From: Basidiobolus meristosporus CBS 931.73
Taxonomy: Eukaryota; Fungi; Basidiobolomycota
Direction of reading: 5' to 3'
DNA length: 64,000 nucleotides
Assembly (NCBI GenBank): GCA_002104905.1
Contig: MCFE01000246.1
Span: 51,142-115,141, forward strand
This document shows, one piece after another, positions 50,077-61,700 of the stretch. A program made the position numbers and the translations under genes. Within the stretch, counting starts at the first letter, position 1. Every line of letters starts with the position of its first letter. The notes below the pieces were generated by a model. The model did not search any database, had not been told where the DNA came from, and saw only the letters and a program-made list of their open reading frames with translations.

Positions 50077-50956
50077 ATGTCGGGAAATATTGATTCCACA
50101 ATGGCTTCATCCGTAAGCAGCATTTCCATCGTCAATTTTGATACAGAAGCGCCTCAATATGACCAAGTAATGGGTGGATGTACACGGAATGTTGCGCCAC
50201 ATTTGATTGCGCTCTCTAAACCTATAACCAAGTCTTCTAAAATTCTCGATGATTGTTGTGGAACTGGGATGGTTACTGTAGAGCTCCTGGAAACCTGCCC
50301 TCTTCTCCACGAGGATAGTAAAACTGCTAAAATCCATGCAGTAGACTTATCGAAACCCATGACTGATATACTAAGAGGCCGTCTCGCCGAGCGGAACTGG
50401 AGCAATCTTGTGGAAGTTGGAGTGATGAATGGGCAAGATCTTGGCTTTGAAGCGGATACTTTTACTCACTGTTTCATGAATATGGCTATCTTTCTATTTC
50501 CAGATCCTCTTAAAGGTTTGAAGGAGGTTCATCGTACTCTAAAGAAGGGCGGAAGCTTTGCGATGTCGACCTGGAAGTATTTAGGCTATGTGCCTATTTT
50601 AAACGCTGTTCAAAAGGCCATTAGTCCTTCCGACAAACTCTTTGAATCACCTCTAGACCAGAAGTGGGAGGCGCAGGAAACACTTCAGGAGTTTTTGCCA
50701 ATTGCTGGCTTTGGTAATGTCAAGGTTTGTGAGAGAAATGTTTGGTACCCAGCAAAGAGCATCAATGCGCTTGCTTCGATGCTGAAGAAAGGCTTTTATA
50801 GTAAGCTGACCAAATCATTGGACCGCGGACCAAGCCGAGAAGTGGGATGTAACCATGCTTGAAGTCATAGAAAATTCAGAAATACTACAACGTAATGATG
50901 ACGGTTCCGTAGCTCTACCAATGGTTGTTTTGGTGGCAGTAGCAACCAAATTATAA
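50077..50956 (+). pseudogene. Class I SAM-dependent methyltransferase with a frameshift near 50815-50820
   Basis: ILDDCCGTG, AVDLS, MNGQDL.F...FTHCF and EVHRTLKKGG. A plausible C-terminus (WTADQAEKWD...MVVLVAVATKL-stop) lies in the +1 frame and ends at 50956. Confidence 0.7.
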
Positions 50957-52176
50957 TGGTTACAAATTTTCTATTGCGCTTATAAATGCTTGTCATACAT
51001 ACCTAACGTAGCTGTTTTGGTTTTATTTATTGATACAATCCATGTAAAGCTGATATGCATATCCCCTAATCAATGTACCCAAACAACATGCACAATGTGC
51101 TCAGGAACGCCATATTGTGGGTGCTAAGGAATGGTGCCAGGTTGACTATAAGTGCAATATAATAGATAAATTTGGCAATGATGACCTGAAGGCTTTGTTA
51201 TACATATGCAAATGTATCACTGTACAGAAGTAGGCAATATATGTTTTAGGTTTTGTGATTTAGGGAGGGAAGGTCACTAGTTTGATGATATCTTAATTTT
51301 TCTAAAGTAGGTACAAAGTACTAAAGATAAAATAAAGAAGCCAACTAAGAGGTGTTGAATCTCATGAGTACATTATTTAACTTAAACTTAGTTTTCTCTT
51401 CACTTAAGAAGAACCTGAGCCTACTGTAAGCAATATTTCTCAAGAAACTGAGAGGTTTTAGCAAACTTGGACATGGTAGATGTTATTGTTATATAATATA
51501 TACAACAATTAAAACCTGGAATTAGGTTGTCTAGAAAAAGGGCTTGGACTTGTAGATGACCCTTCTCAGGAGTAAAAAGTGGCCACAAGCCACATCTTTT
51601 GCTTATCAGCTATTAACAACCTTGTGGCCAGTTCAGCCACAAGAGCTGAGATGTCCAGGGTATGCCAACAGGAGGCCTTGTGGGTGTGTGGCTGTTAATA
51701 GCAATCTTCAACAAGATGACCACCAGACTCTGGGAGCTTTTCTATGAAGGAGGCTCAATGGAGAGTTATGCAGGTTTGATGCAGGTTTCAATCAAAGATG
51801 CCATCAAAAGGCTGTATATTAGAGTATTAAGGCAAACCAGAGACAAGTGCTCTAATAAGTTGACCAGGAAACTTATCTAAATGGTGAAAGTTACATATGG
51901 TGAGTGGAAGGAGGTGGACTTCACAATCAGGTAGGGCTAGAGTTAGGGGGCTTCATGGGTAAAAATCACCAATAAGTGAGATCCTTATTTCAATAAAATA
52001 GAATACAGAAGCCAAGTGCTACATGGAAAGCAATTTTACTAGTGAATAAAGCAAAGGGTCTTTTGGGAAAGCTTATAAGAAAGATCCCTAAGTTCTGGAG
52101 GTGTTAAAACCAAGTTGAGTGGTACTGGAGGGATGATTAATGGAGGTAGTAGCTTAGTGGCTAGTGGGGAAGACTT

Positions 52177-53915
52177 AAGTAAATCCCAACAAGGAATTTG
52201 GTCAGTATTCTGTAGGATTTGAAGATAATGATCTCAGTGACTAAGTTAGGTGAATATTTAGGTGAAATTACAAATTTTACAACACCACCACTCAACTAAA
52301 TGCTTATACTGACTAGTCCTAATTTTGACCTAAGATATTCAAACTTCTCTCTAGCCAATGGTTTGGTAAATAGATCTGCAATCATTTCATCTGTAGGACA
52401 GTAAACTAGGCTAGCTAAGTTATTCTCTATAACTTCACATATGAGATGATGTCTAATATTTATGTGCTTAGCTCTATCATGAAAAGTTGGATTTCTACCT
52501 AATTATATACATCCTTGATTTTCTTGAAATAAAGTAACAGGTGCTTTATGACATAGACCTAAATCTGTAAAAAGCTTTCCTAGCCATATTACTTCTTTTG
52601 TAGCTTCACAGGCTGCCATATACTCTGGCTCTGTGGTAGAAAGTGCTATGGTTGGTTACTTTCTTGAATTCCATAAATTGCTCCTTGAAAGTAAAGAAAA
52701 GTATATCATGTGGTGGATTTTCTGTCTTCTGAGTTTTGTCCCCAATCAGTATCAGCATATCCCACAAGATCCTGTTCTGAATCCTTATAAGTGTATCTTA
52801 AGCAAATATTAGTAGTTCCTTTTAGGTATCTAAAAATCTGCTTAACTGCTGCAATGTGATCAGATCCATAGTTCTGATTATGCTGGCTGACAACTCCCAT
52901 GGAATATGAGATATCTGAGCATGTTCCAAGCATGATATACATCAGACTGCCAACCATAGATTGATAACAAAGGTTACGGCTTTCAGATGCCACCAAGCTC
53001 TCTTGATTTGGTTGAGTTTTGACCAAGTTAAGGTTTGTCTCCATTAGGGTAGCTGCCAGTTTACAGTCTCTCATTTGGTACTTCTTTTGTATACCTTGAA
53101 TATCCTTTGATTGGCTTAGCATGGTAGTCTGGGTATTTCTGCTTATGGAGAACCTTATCCCTAAGTAGTAACTGAGTTGTCCTTGGCCAGACATCTTGAG
53201 CTTTTTAGATAGGCTGGATTTAGTCTCTTCCAATGTTTCTAGGTTGTTAGCAGCTATATAAAATCATCCACATATAGAGCTAATAGAGCTGGCTTTGCTG
53301 TATCTGGCTTGTAGTATATACTATAGTCAGCATTTCTCCTTTTGAGATTCAAAGGCTTCAAATAAGAATTTTTCTTGCAATTCCAGGCTCTTGGTGATTA
53401 TTCGAGACCATATAGAGATTCTCAAGCTTGCAGACTAAACAGGGATTATCTTGACTACAAACCCATCAGTCTGGTCCATAAACACAACATCATCCAGCTC
53501 TGCATTCAAAAATGTAGTTTTTACATCCATTTGATGTATAAAATACTTATATTTGGCTGCAATAGCCAATATTAATCTGATGGAATTAAACTTGGCTACT
53601 GGTGCAAAGGTCTCAGTATAGTCAAGTCCTTTGGTTTGAGAGTATCCTTTGGCCACAAGTCTTGCTTTGCATATTTCTATTGCACTATCAGCCTTGTACT
53701 CTGTCTTAAAAACCCATCAGCATCTAACTGATTTTTGGTTGATTAGTAATTAGACCAAGTCTCAAGTTTTATTTTCCATCAGGGCCTGATAATCCTCAGT
53801 CATTGCAGATCTCCAAAAGTTTGTCAGAGGGCTATTTAGGGCCTCTTTACAGTCTGGGACTCAGCAATATGGACTGAATAGGTATATGCCAAGTTTGTAC
53901 TCTCATTGGTGTTAG
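52177..53915 (-). mobile_element. Degenerate Copia 3' half (RT, RNase H, PPT, partial 3' LTR 52177-52284)
   Basis: [23 protein letters not shown] and MVGSLMYIMLGT match 11500-13220; the PPT is adjacent to the LTR end. Confidence 0.9.
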
Positions 53916-53919
53916 TAGT

Positions 53920-54365
53920 TGTTGTAAACATTTGCAATTCCACCTGATTATTTACCTAGCTTAGTCACTTAGATCATTACCTTCAAATCCCAGGAAATAC
54001 TGACCAAACTCCTTGTTGGGATTTACTTTGAATCTTTTCACCAAAATACCAGGTACCCAGATCATCAAAATTCTCAAAGTTGTCCAAACAGCCCCAAACT
54101 TTGCATACATATTCTTAGGATCTTCCTTGGCCTATTCTAAGTGTCTCTAATCCTATGACCATGTAAAAGTATAAATACTACTTTTACATTCAATAAATCA
54201 TGAAGTGAAAATCACATAATGTCCTTGTCCTTCCAATCACTTGCCATATCTTCAGGACTCTCAAAACAGGCTATGGGCCTCAAGCAGTCACTCTCTGCAA
54301 TGCCTACTACTGCTATACAGGAAGCTTTCCCTCTGCTGAAAAGTTGGATGGATCTAACTACTTCA
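53920..54365 (+). mobile_element. Copia 5' LTR (53920-54268) with PBS GGCTATGGGCC and a gag stub
   Basis: Diverged homolog of 8888-9330. Confidence 0.85.
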
Positions 54366-55260
54366 GGTTGGCCAGGGTTAGACTTTTGGATACTTTATTG
54401 TGAATTTCATATAATGATTACTAATACAAAGAGAAAAGTACAATTGGTAGTTATACCTGAACATCTGAAAGAATGGGTATTGCTGGATTTATGATACCTC
54501 ACTAATACTCTAAGGGCACTTTGGCTACTCAATATATATTGAATCAAGCAACTTTGGCCTAATTGCTGAGATTATGGCTGATAGCCTCATAATGAGTGCT
54601 TTTTGAGAACAAAACTAAAACAGTGCATTAGTATCCTTAGAACCAAAGCACTTCTCCACATGTGTAGAGTGAAAGTAGCTATTGTATCTTGGGCACTTAG
54701 AGCCCAAGCACAAAGTACTCATTCCCCATCTGATTGCTTGTAGTACATCAAAGCAATCACTCTTTTATAAAGAAACATCTGCCTGGCTATTGGAATGACC
54801 ACTTGTAGCTGAGATCCATCCAATTCTGTCCCTTGATGTTGAGACTCTGGAAATATTGTGAAGCTTTCTGAGTGCCATAGCCATAGAAAGTGGTACATGT
54901 GTAGACACTTTCTCAAATAATATCCTTTGTAACCTTTTAAGCAGTGAATATTTTGATAAATCAGAGAACCTGCCAAGACAGGCATTTTCTCAGTCTTAAT
55001 GCCTCTCACTAAGCTTTGCAGTGGATTATTTGGAGATGCTTGGGCATAATAGTTGCCATACTTGATTCCTAGTGTTTCAAATCAATCCAATACTGCTTCA
55101 TTCCACATATGCTACAAATCAATCTTTTATACTGCCCAGTGTGATACTCCAAGGCATTCACTACCCAGCCAAGTGCTTGCTGCTGAATAAGCTCAAGCTT
55201 TAGCAATTGCAACTTGCAAAGTGATATATTCATGATGGGGGCAGCACACTCCCATCTTGA

Positions 55261-55557
55261 TCAAATATAATCCCTCAATAAATGTAGCTTCACTAGTGGA
55301 TGCCATCCAGAGCTATTGTGCTGAAGTGCTGATGGTGTACTTGTTGCCTTAGACACACAGCACTCAATATGCAGGGGCCAGTCTATTCCTATGTTGGCAA
55401 CAGGGAGTCCTAAATAGGGGTATGTGGATGGCATTGGGAGCTTTCTATTACCCCACATGATATTCCATGAAGAATCTGATCCAATGAATGCAGATTTGGA
55501 AATGTCAACTTCCATTGCATTCTTTGAGCACCATATACTTAGGCTATCCAACATCAA
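55261..55557 (-). pseudogene. Relic of a different non-LTR RT (thumb region)
   Basis: LSIWCSKNAMEVDISKS..YPYLGLP..GIDW..H...VSKA; interrupted on the right by the LTR at 55578. Confidence 0.6.
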
Positions 55558-55577
55558 GTTAGCATGTTGGATAGTTC

Positions 55578-55918
55578 TGTTGTAAGGGTCTTGGAGATAT
55601 TGGAAGTGATTTGGAGAACAAGTAGATTATGTGGTTTTCACTTAATGATTTATTGAATGTAAAAGTGGTATTTATACTTTTACCTGGTCTTGGCATTACA
55701 AACACGTAGAATAGGTTAAGGAAGGTCCCAAGAACATGTGTGCAAAGTTTGGGGCTGTTTAGACAACTTTGAGTATTTTCATGTTCTGGGTACCTGGTAT
55801 TTTGGTGAAAATATTCCAAGTAAATCCCAACAAGGAATTTGGTCAGTATTCTCTAGGATTTGAAGGTGATGATCTAAGTGACTAAGTTAGGTCAATATTT
55901 AGGTGGAATTACAAGTTT
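55578..55918 (-). repeat. Young Copia LTR truncated ~8 bp short of its terminus by telomeric sequence
   Basis: Close reverse-complement match to 13222-13570. It ends ggaattacaagttt then AGGGGGG, instead of the expected ..ttacaaca. Confidence 0.9.
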
Positions 55919-55925
55919 AGGGGGG

Positions 55926-57341
55926 AGACAGTCACCAACAGGTGAAATCTTTATTTCAGTTGAAACAAAGAAGCCAGCGCTACTGTTGTAGCTTTGATAC
56001 AAGAGTGTGTAGCTGAGGGGAATTTGTAGGTAAGCTAATAAGAAGTGATGATAGTTCTTCAGTGCTCAAGACACTGTTCAGTGGGAAGGGGGGTAGCAAG
56101 AGAGGTAAGAATGACTTGTGAACAACATTAATGAGGGGAATGTGATAAGGATTGATATTCATCATAAAGGGAGTGTGCTGCTGCAGATATTGCTGCCAAA
56201 GGTCTGTCAAGTACTTCAGGTAGGCCAGCTTGGGTTTTTCTGACTGCAGAATAAATTCAGCAAACTTCTTGACTTCAGGATCTCCAAGTATAGTTCTCCA
56301 GCAGGAGCCAGGTGTTGTGTGGTGTGTTCTCTTCCAGGCCTTAATCAGTGGGTTGTTGCAGTTGTGAAGTCTGCGGTATAATCTGGTTCTAAGGTAGAGA
56401 AGTCTGATCTTATAGGGCATAAACCCAAAAGCACCAAGAATAGCATGTCTGTAGGGGCATTCAGGCAAATGAGGCACCAAGGAGGTAATGCACCATACTG
56501 CAAACTTGTCAAGCTTAGTGCAGTCTCTAGAAGTAAGAGAGAGAAGTGGTAAGCCAAATTCCAAGACAGGGAAGACAAACTGCTTGAGTAGAAGAAGGCA
56601 GCTGGGAGCTGAAGTTGTAGGAGGAGTAACAGCCAGTAGCTTGTGGAGTGCCTGTCTTGCCAGGATAATTCTCTTCTTCAGGTGTGCTCCAGAGTCTAGT
56701 CCAGTAGGAAGGAAAGGAAAGCCAAGATATGTAGCAGAAACCTGAGCAGGTAGAGTGGAGTTCTCCAAGTTGATGGGAGAGCCCAAAGGTACTGTCTTTG
56801 CAATGGAAAGCTGGAGATTATTCTTCTGCAGATACTGGTGGATGGTCTGGGAGTCTTGTTGCACATTGGAGGAGGATATTCTGATGTCATCAGCAAAGAG
56901 AGTAACCAGGCAGTCAGCTGAGAGTCTTGGGAAATCATTCAGGAAGATGGCAAACAGTATAGGACCAAGCACAGAGCCTTGAACCACTCCATTAGGAACT
57001 GAGAACACTGGTGATTGCTCACTTGGGTGCAGAATTCTTGCTTGTGGATCCAGAAACAGGGACCTGACAAGGAGGGTGAGAGAGGTACTGGAAAAGCATT
57101 GCAACTTGGACCAAAGCAGATTTCTGTCAACTGAATCAAAGGCCTTAGTAATATCAAACAGAACTGAGGGATACTTGCACTGGAGAGAGTGATCTTGGCT
57201 AAGTATGACTGCATATTCCAAGGAGAGGCCAGGAACAAAGCCAAACTGTGCAGGATGAAACTTGAGGGAGTCAGAGTAGAGCTCCTGAGCAAGCAGAAGC
57301 TCAAACACCTTTCTGCAGGTGGGCAGCAGAGATATTGGCCT
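55926..57341 (-). mobile_element. Telomeric LINE copy L1, 5'-truncated within RT
   Basis: ORF 55980-57308 with QFGF, FDITKAFDS, GVVQGSVLGP, FADD and YLG; flanked by TTAGGGGGG and GGGTTAGGG. Confidence 0.95.
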
Positions 57342-57355
57342 GGGTTAGGGGGGGG

Positions 57356-58771
57356 AGACAGTCACCAACAGGTGAAATCTTTATTTCAGTTGAAACAAAG
57401 AAGCCAGCGCTACTGTTGTAGCTTTGATACAAGAGTGTGTAGCTGAGGGGAATTTGTAGGTAAGTTAATAAGAAGTGATGATAGTTCTTCAGTGCTAAAC
57501 ACACTGTTCAGTGGGAAGGGGGGTAGCAAGAGAGGTAAGAATGACTTGTGAACAACATTAATGAGGGGAATGTGATAAGGATTGATATTCATCATAAAGG
57601 GAGTGTGCTGCTGCAGATATTGCTGCCAAAGGTCTGTCAAGTACTTCAGGTAGGCCAGCTTGGGCTTTTCTGACTGCAGAATAAATTCAGCAAACTTCTT
57701 GACTTCAGGATCTCCAAGTATAGTTCTCCAGCAGGAGTCAGGTGTAGTGTGGTGTGTTCTCTTCCAGGCCTTAATCAGTGGGTTGTTGCAGTTGTGAAGT
57801 CTGAGGTATAATCTGGTTCTAAGGTAGAGAAGTCTGATCTTATAGGGCATAAACCCAAAAGCACCAAGAATAGCATGTCTGTAGGGGCATTCAGGCAAAT
57901 GAGGCACCAAGGAGGTAATGCACCATACTGCAAACTTGTCAAGCTTAGTGCAGTCTCTAGAAGTAAGAGAGAGAAGTGGTAAGCCAAATTCCAGGACAGG
58001 GAAGACAAACTGCTTGAGTAGAAGGAGGCAGCTTGGAGCTGAAGTTGTAGGAGGAGTAACAGCCAGTAGCTTGTGGAGTGCCTGTCTTGCCAGGATAATT
58101 CTCTTCTTCAGGTGTGCTCCAGAGTCTAGTCCAGTAGGAAGAAAAGGAAAGCCAAGATATGTAGCAGAAACCTGAGCAGGTAGAGTGGAGTTCTCCAAGT
58201 TGATGGGAGAGCCCAAAGGTACTGTCTTTGCAATGGAAAGCTGGAGATTATTCTTCTGCAGATACTGGTGGATGGTCTGGGAGTCTTGTTGCACATTGGA
58301 GGAGGATATTCTGATGTCATCAGCAAAGAGAGTAACCAGGCAGTCAGCCGAGAGTCTTGGGAAATCGTTCAGGAAGATGGCAAACAGTATAGGACCAAGC
58401 ACAGAGCCTTGAACCACTCCATTAGGAACTGAGAACACAGCTGATTGCTCACTTGGGTGCAGAATTCTTGCTTGTGGATCCAGAAACAGAGACCTGACAA
58501 GGAGGGTGAGAGAGGTACTGGAGAAGCATTGCAACTTGGACCAAAGCAGATTTCTGTCAACTGAATCAAAGGCCTTAGTAATATCAAACAGAACAGAGGG
58601 ATACTTGCACTGGAGAGAGTGATCTTGGCTAAGTATGACTGCATATTCCAAGGAGAGGCCAGGAACAAAGCCAAACTGTGCAGGATGAAACTTGAGGGAG
58701 TCAGAGTAGAGCTCCTGAGCAAGCAGAAGCTCAAACACCTTTCTGCAGGTGGGCAGCAGAGATATTGGCCT
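57356..58771 (-). mobile_element. Telomeric LINE copy L2, 5'-truncated at the same base as L1 (period 1430 bp)
   Basis: ORF 57410-58738; same junction cct-GGGTTAGGG-GGGGG as L1. Confidence 0.95.
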
Positions 58772-58785
58772 GGGTTAGGGGGGGG

Positions 58786-61700
58786 AGACAGTCACCAACA
58801 GGTGAAATCTTTATTTCAGTTGAAACAAAGAAGCCAGCGCTACTGTTGTAGCTTTGATACAAGAGTGTGTAGCTGAGGGGAATTTGTAGGTAAGTTAATA
58901 AGAAGTGATGATAGTTCTTCAGTGCTAAACACACTGTTCAGTGGGAAGGGGGGTAGCAAGAGAGGTAAGAATGACTTGTGAACAACATTAATGAGGGGAA
59001 TGTGATAAGGATTGATATTCATCATAAAGGGAGTGTGCTGCTGCAGATATTGCTGCCAAAGGTCTGTCAAGTACTTCAGGTAGGCCAGCTTGGGCTTTTC
59101 TGACTGCAGAATAAATTCAGCAAACTTCTTGACTTCAGGATCTCCAAGTATAGTTCTCCAGCAGGAGTCAGGTGTAGTGTGGTGTGTTCTCTTCCAGGCC
59201 TTAATCAGTGGGTTGTTGCAGTTGTGAAGTCTGAGGTATAATCTGGTTCTAAGGTAGAGAAGTCTGATCTTATAGGGCATAAACCCAAAAGCACCAAGAA
59301 TAGCATGTCTGTAGGGGCATTCAGGCAAATGAGGCACCAAGGAGGTAATGCACCATACTGCAAACTTGTCAAGCTTAGTGCAGTCTCTAGAAGTAAGAGA
59401 GAGAAGTGGTAAGCCAAATTCCAGGACAGGGAAGACAAACTGCTTGAGTAGAAGGAGGCAGCTTGGAGCTGAAGTTGTAGGAGGAGTAACAGCCAGTAGC
59501 TTGTGGAGTGCCTGTCTTGCCAGGATAATTCTCTTCTTCAGGTGTGCTCCAGAGTCTAGTCCAGTAGGAAGAAAAGGAAAGCCAAGATATGTAGCAGAAA
59601 CCTGAGCAGGTAGAGTGGAGTTCTCCAAGTTGATGGGAGAGCCCAAAGGTACTGTCTTTGCAATGGAAAGCTGGAGATTATTCTTCTGCAGATACTGGTG
59701 GATGGTCTGGGAGTCTTGTTGCACATTGGAGGAGGATATTCTGATGTCATCAGCAAAGAGAGTAACCAGGCAGTCAGCCGAGAGTCTTGGGAAATTGTTC
59801 AGGAAGATGGCAAACAGTATAGGACCAAGCACAGAGCCTTGAACCACTCCATTAGGAACTGAGAACACAGCTGATTGCTCACTTGGGTGCAGAATTCTTG
59901 CTTGTGGATCCAGAAACAGAGACCTGACAAGGAGGGTGAGAGAGGTACTGGAGAAGCATTGCAACTTGGACCAAAGCAGATTTCTGTCAACTGAATCAAA
60001 GGCCTTAGTAATATCAAACAGAACAGAGGGATACTTGCACTGGAGAGAGTGATCTTGGCTAAGTATGACTGCATATTCCAAGGAGAGGCCAGGAACAAAG
60101 CCAAACTGTGCAGGATGAAACTTGAGGGAGTCAGAGTAGAGCTCCTGAGCAAGCAAAAGCTCAAACACTTTTCTGCAGGTGGGCAGCAGAGATATTGGCC
60201 TGTAGGAGCTAGGATCCAGGTGCTTTCCTTTACCCTTGTACAGTGGCAGAACATTTGCAAAGGACCATTCCTCAGGAGTAGAAAGCTGGGCTGAGCATTG
60301 CTGAAACAGTGGAAGCAGAAGTGCAGACATGGCCTTGGTACTAGTCTTCAGAAGCTCATAGGAGATTGTGTCCACACCTGGAGCAGTAGAGTTGGGAAGC
60401 CTCTTGAGCACATTATGGATTCTCCTTTGATCAAGTGCAAGTGGGATGGGCAGAGTCTTGAAGTCAGGATGAAAGCCAGGAGTTGAGTACTGCTTTGTAG
60501 AGAAGAAGATGTTAGCCAGCTGTTCTGTTGAAGGTAACTTCCTGGAAGAGGGCCTCATTGCTCTGTAGAGTCTTGATACTGTTCTTGTTATAGAGTTGGA
60601 AGATTGCAGAGGCAAAGAACTCATAATATGATCCCAGAGCTGAGTATGCAGAGTGTGGTGAATTGCCTTGGAGTGGTGTATTGCTGTCAGGAGGAGTTTC
60701 TCTGTTTTTGGGTTAGGGAAACTCAGGTAGCTTTGTTGCAGGGCTGAAACAATGGATTCCCATTTTCTTGAGGTAACAGCAGTAGTCTTGCATGGCAGTG
60801 AGAGGGAGGCAGACACCAGAATCAGATGCTTCACAAAGAGCCAGGCATAGTTGAGATCATCTGGCAGAGAAAGTAGCAAACTGGCAAGCTTCAAGTAGTT
60901 CCCAAAGTCTTTCTTCTGATACTTGGTAGCTTTGTGGGTGAGCACAGTAAGTTTTGGCAGCTTCTTCTTCACAACTGGTTGCATAGAAAGGGACCAGGCT
61001 GAGTGGTCAGAGGCTCTCAAGGATCCTAACTCAGCTCCAGAGAATTGCTTAACTTCATTCACAAAGTAGAGGGCAGCAGCAGAAGGGCAGATCCAGTCAA
61101 CACATCTTTTCTCAGATTGAGCACCTAGTGCTAGCAGGTGGCTTTCTCTCAGGAAGTTCAGTAGGAATGTAGACCTTGGCTTCATTCTTGCAGTCAGAGT
61201 AGTCTTGTTCTCAGGATGGGGAATGTTGAGATCTCCAAGCAAGATAACAGGTGTTGATATAGATTGCTGGTATTGCTGAACCTTCTGGCATATAACTTGC
61301 ACTTCCTGAAGGGCAAGACTTGGAGGCAGATAGCAGAGCACCAGACTGATAGTTGGCAACTGGAGAGCAGCACAGTAAGGGGAGTAAAGAGGAACACAGA
61401 GCTGAGGAGTATTGATGGTAGAAGAGATGAAGCAGATAGAGGAGGTATTCTTTGTTCTAGGAGTAGAAAAGCAATATAGATTAGTCAAAAGTATAGAAGG
61501 TAGCTGAACATCAATCAAACACAGGAGGGAAAATCTTGAAAGAAGTCCCTCTAGAGTTGGTCTTGATGGCTGTATGCTGTTGCAGTTAAGCAACAGAACT
61601 TCAGGTAGTCAGGCAGAGGTTGTAGCTTCTTCAGAGGCAGCATTGATAATGTGACCTGCAGAGTCCCAGAGCTCTTCAAATGGTGCATCACTTAAGTCAG

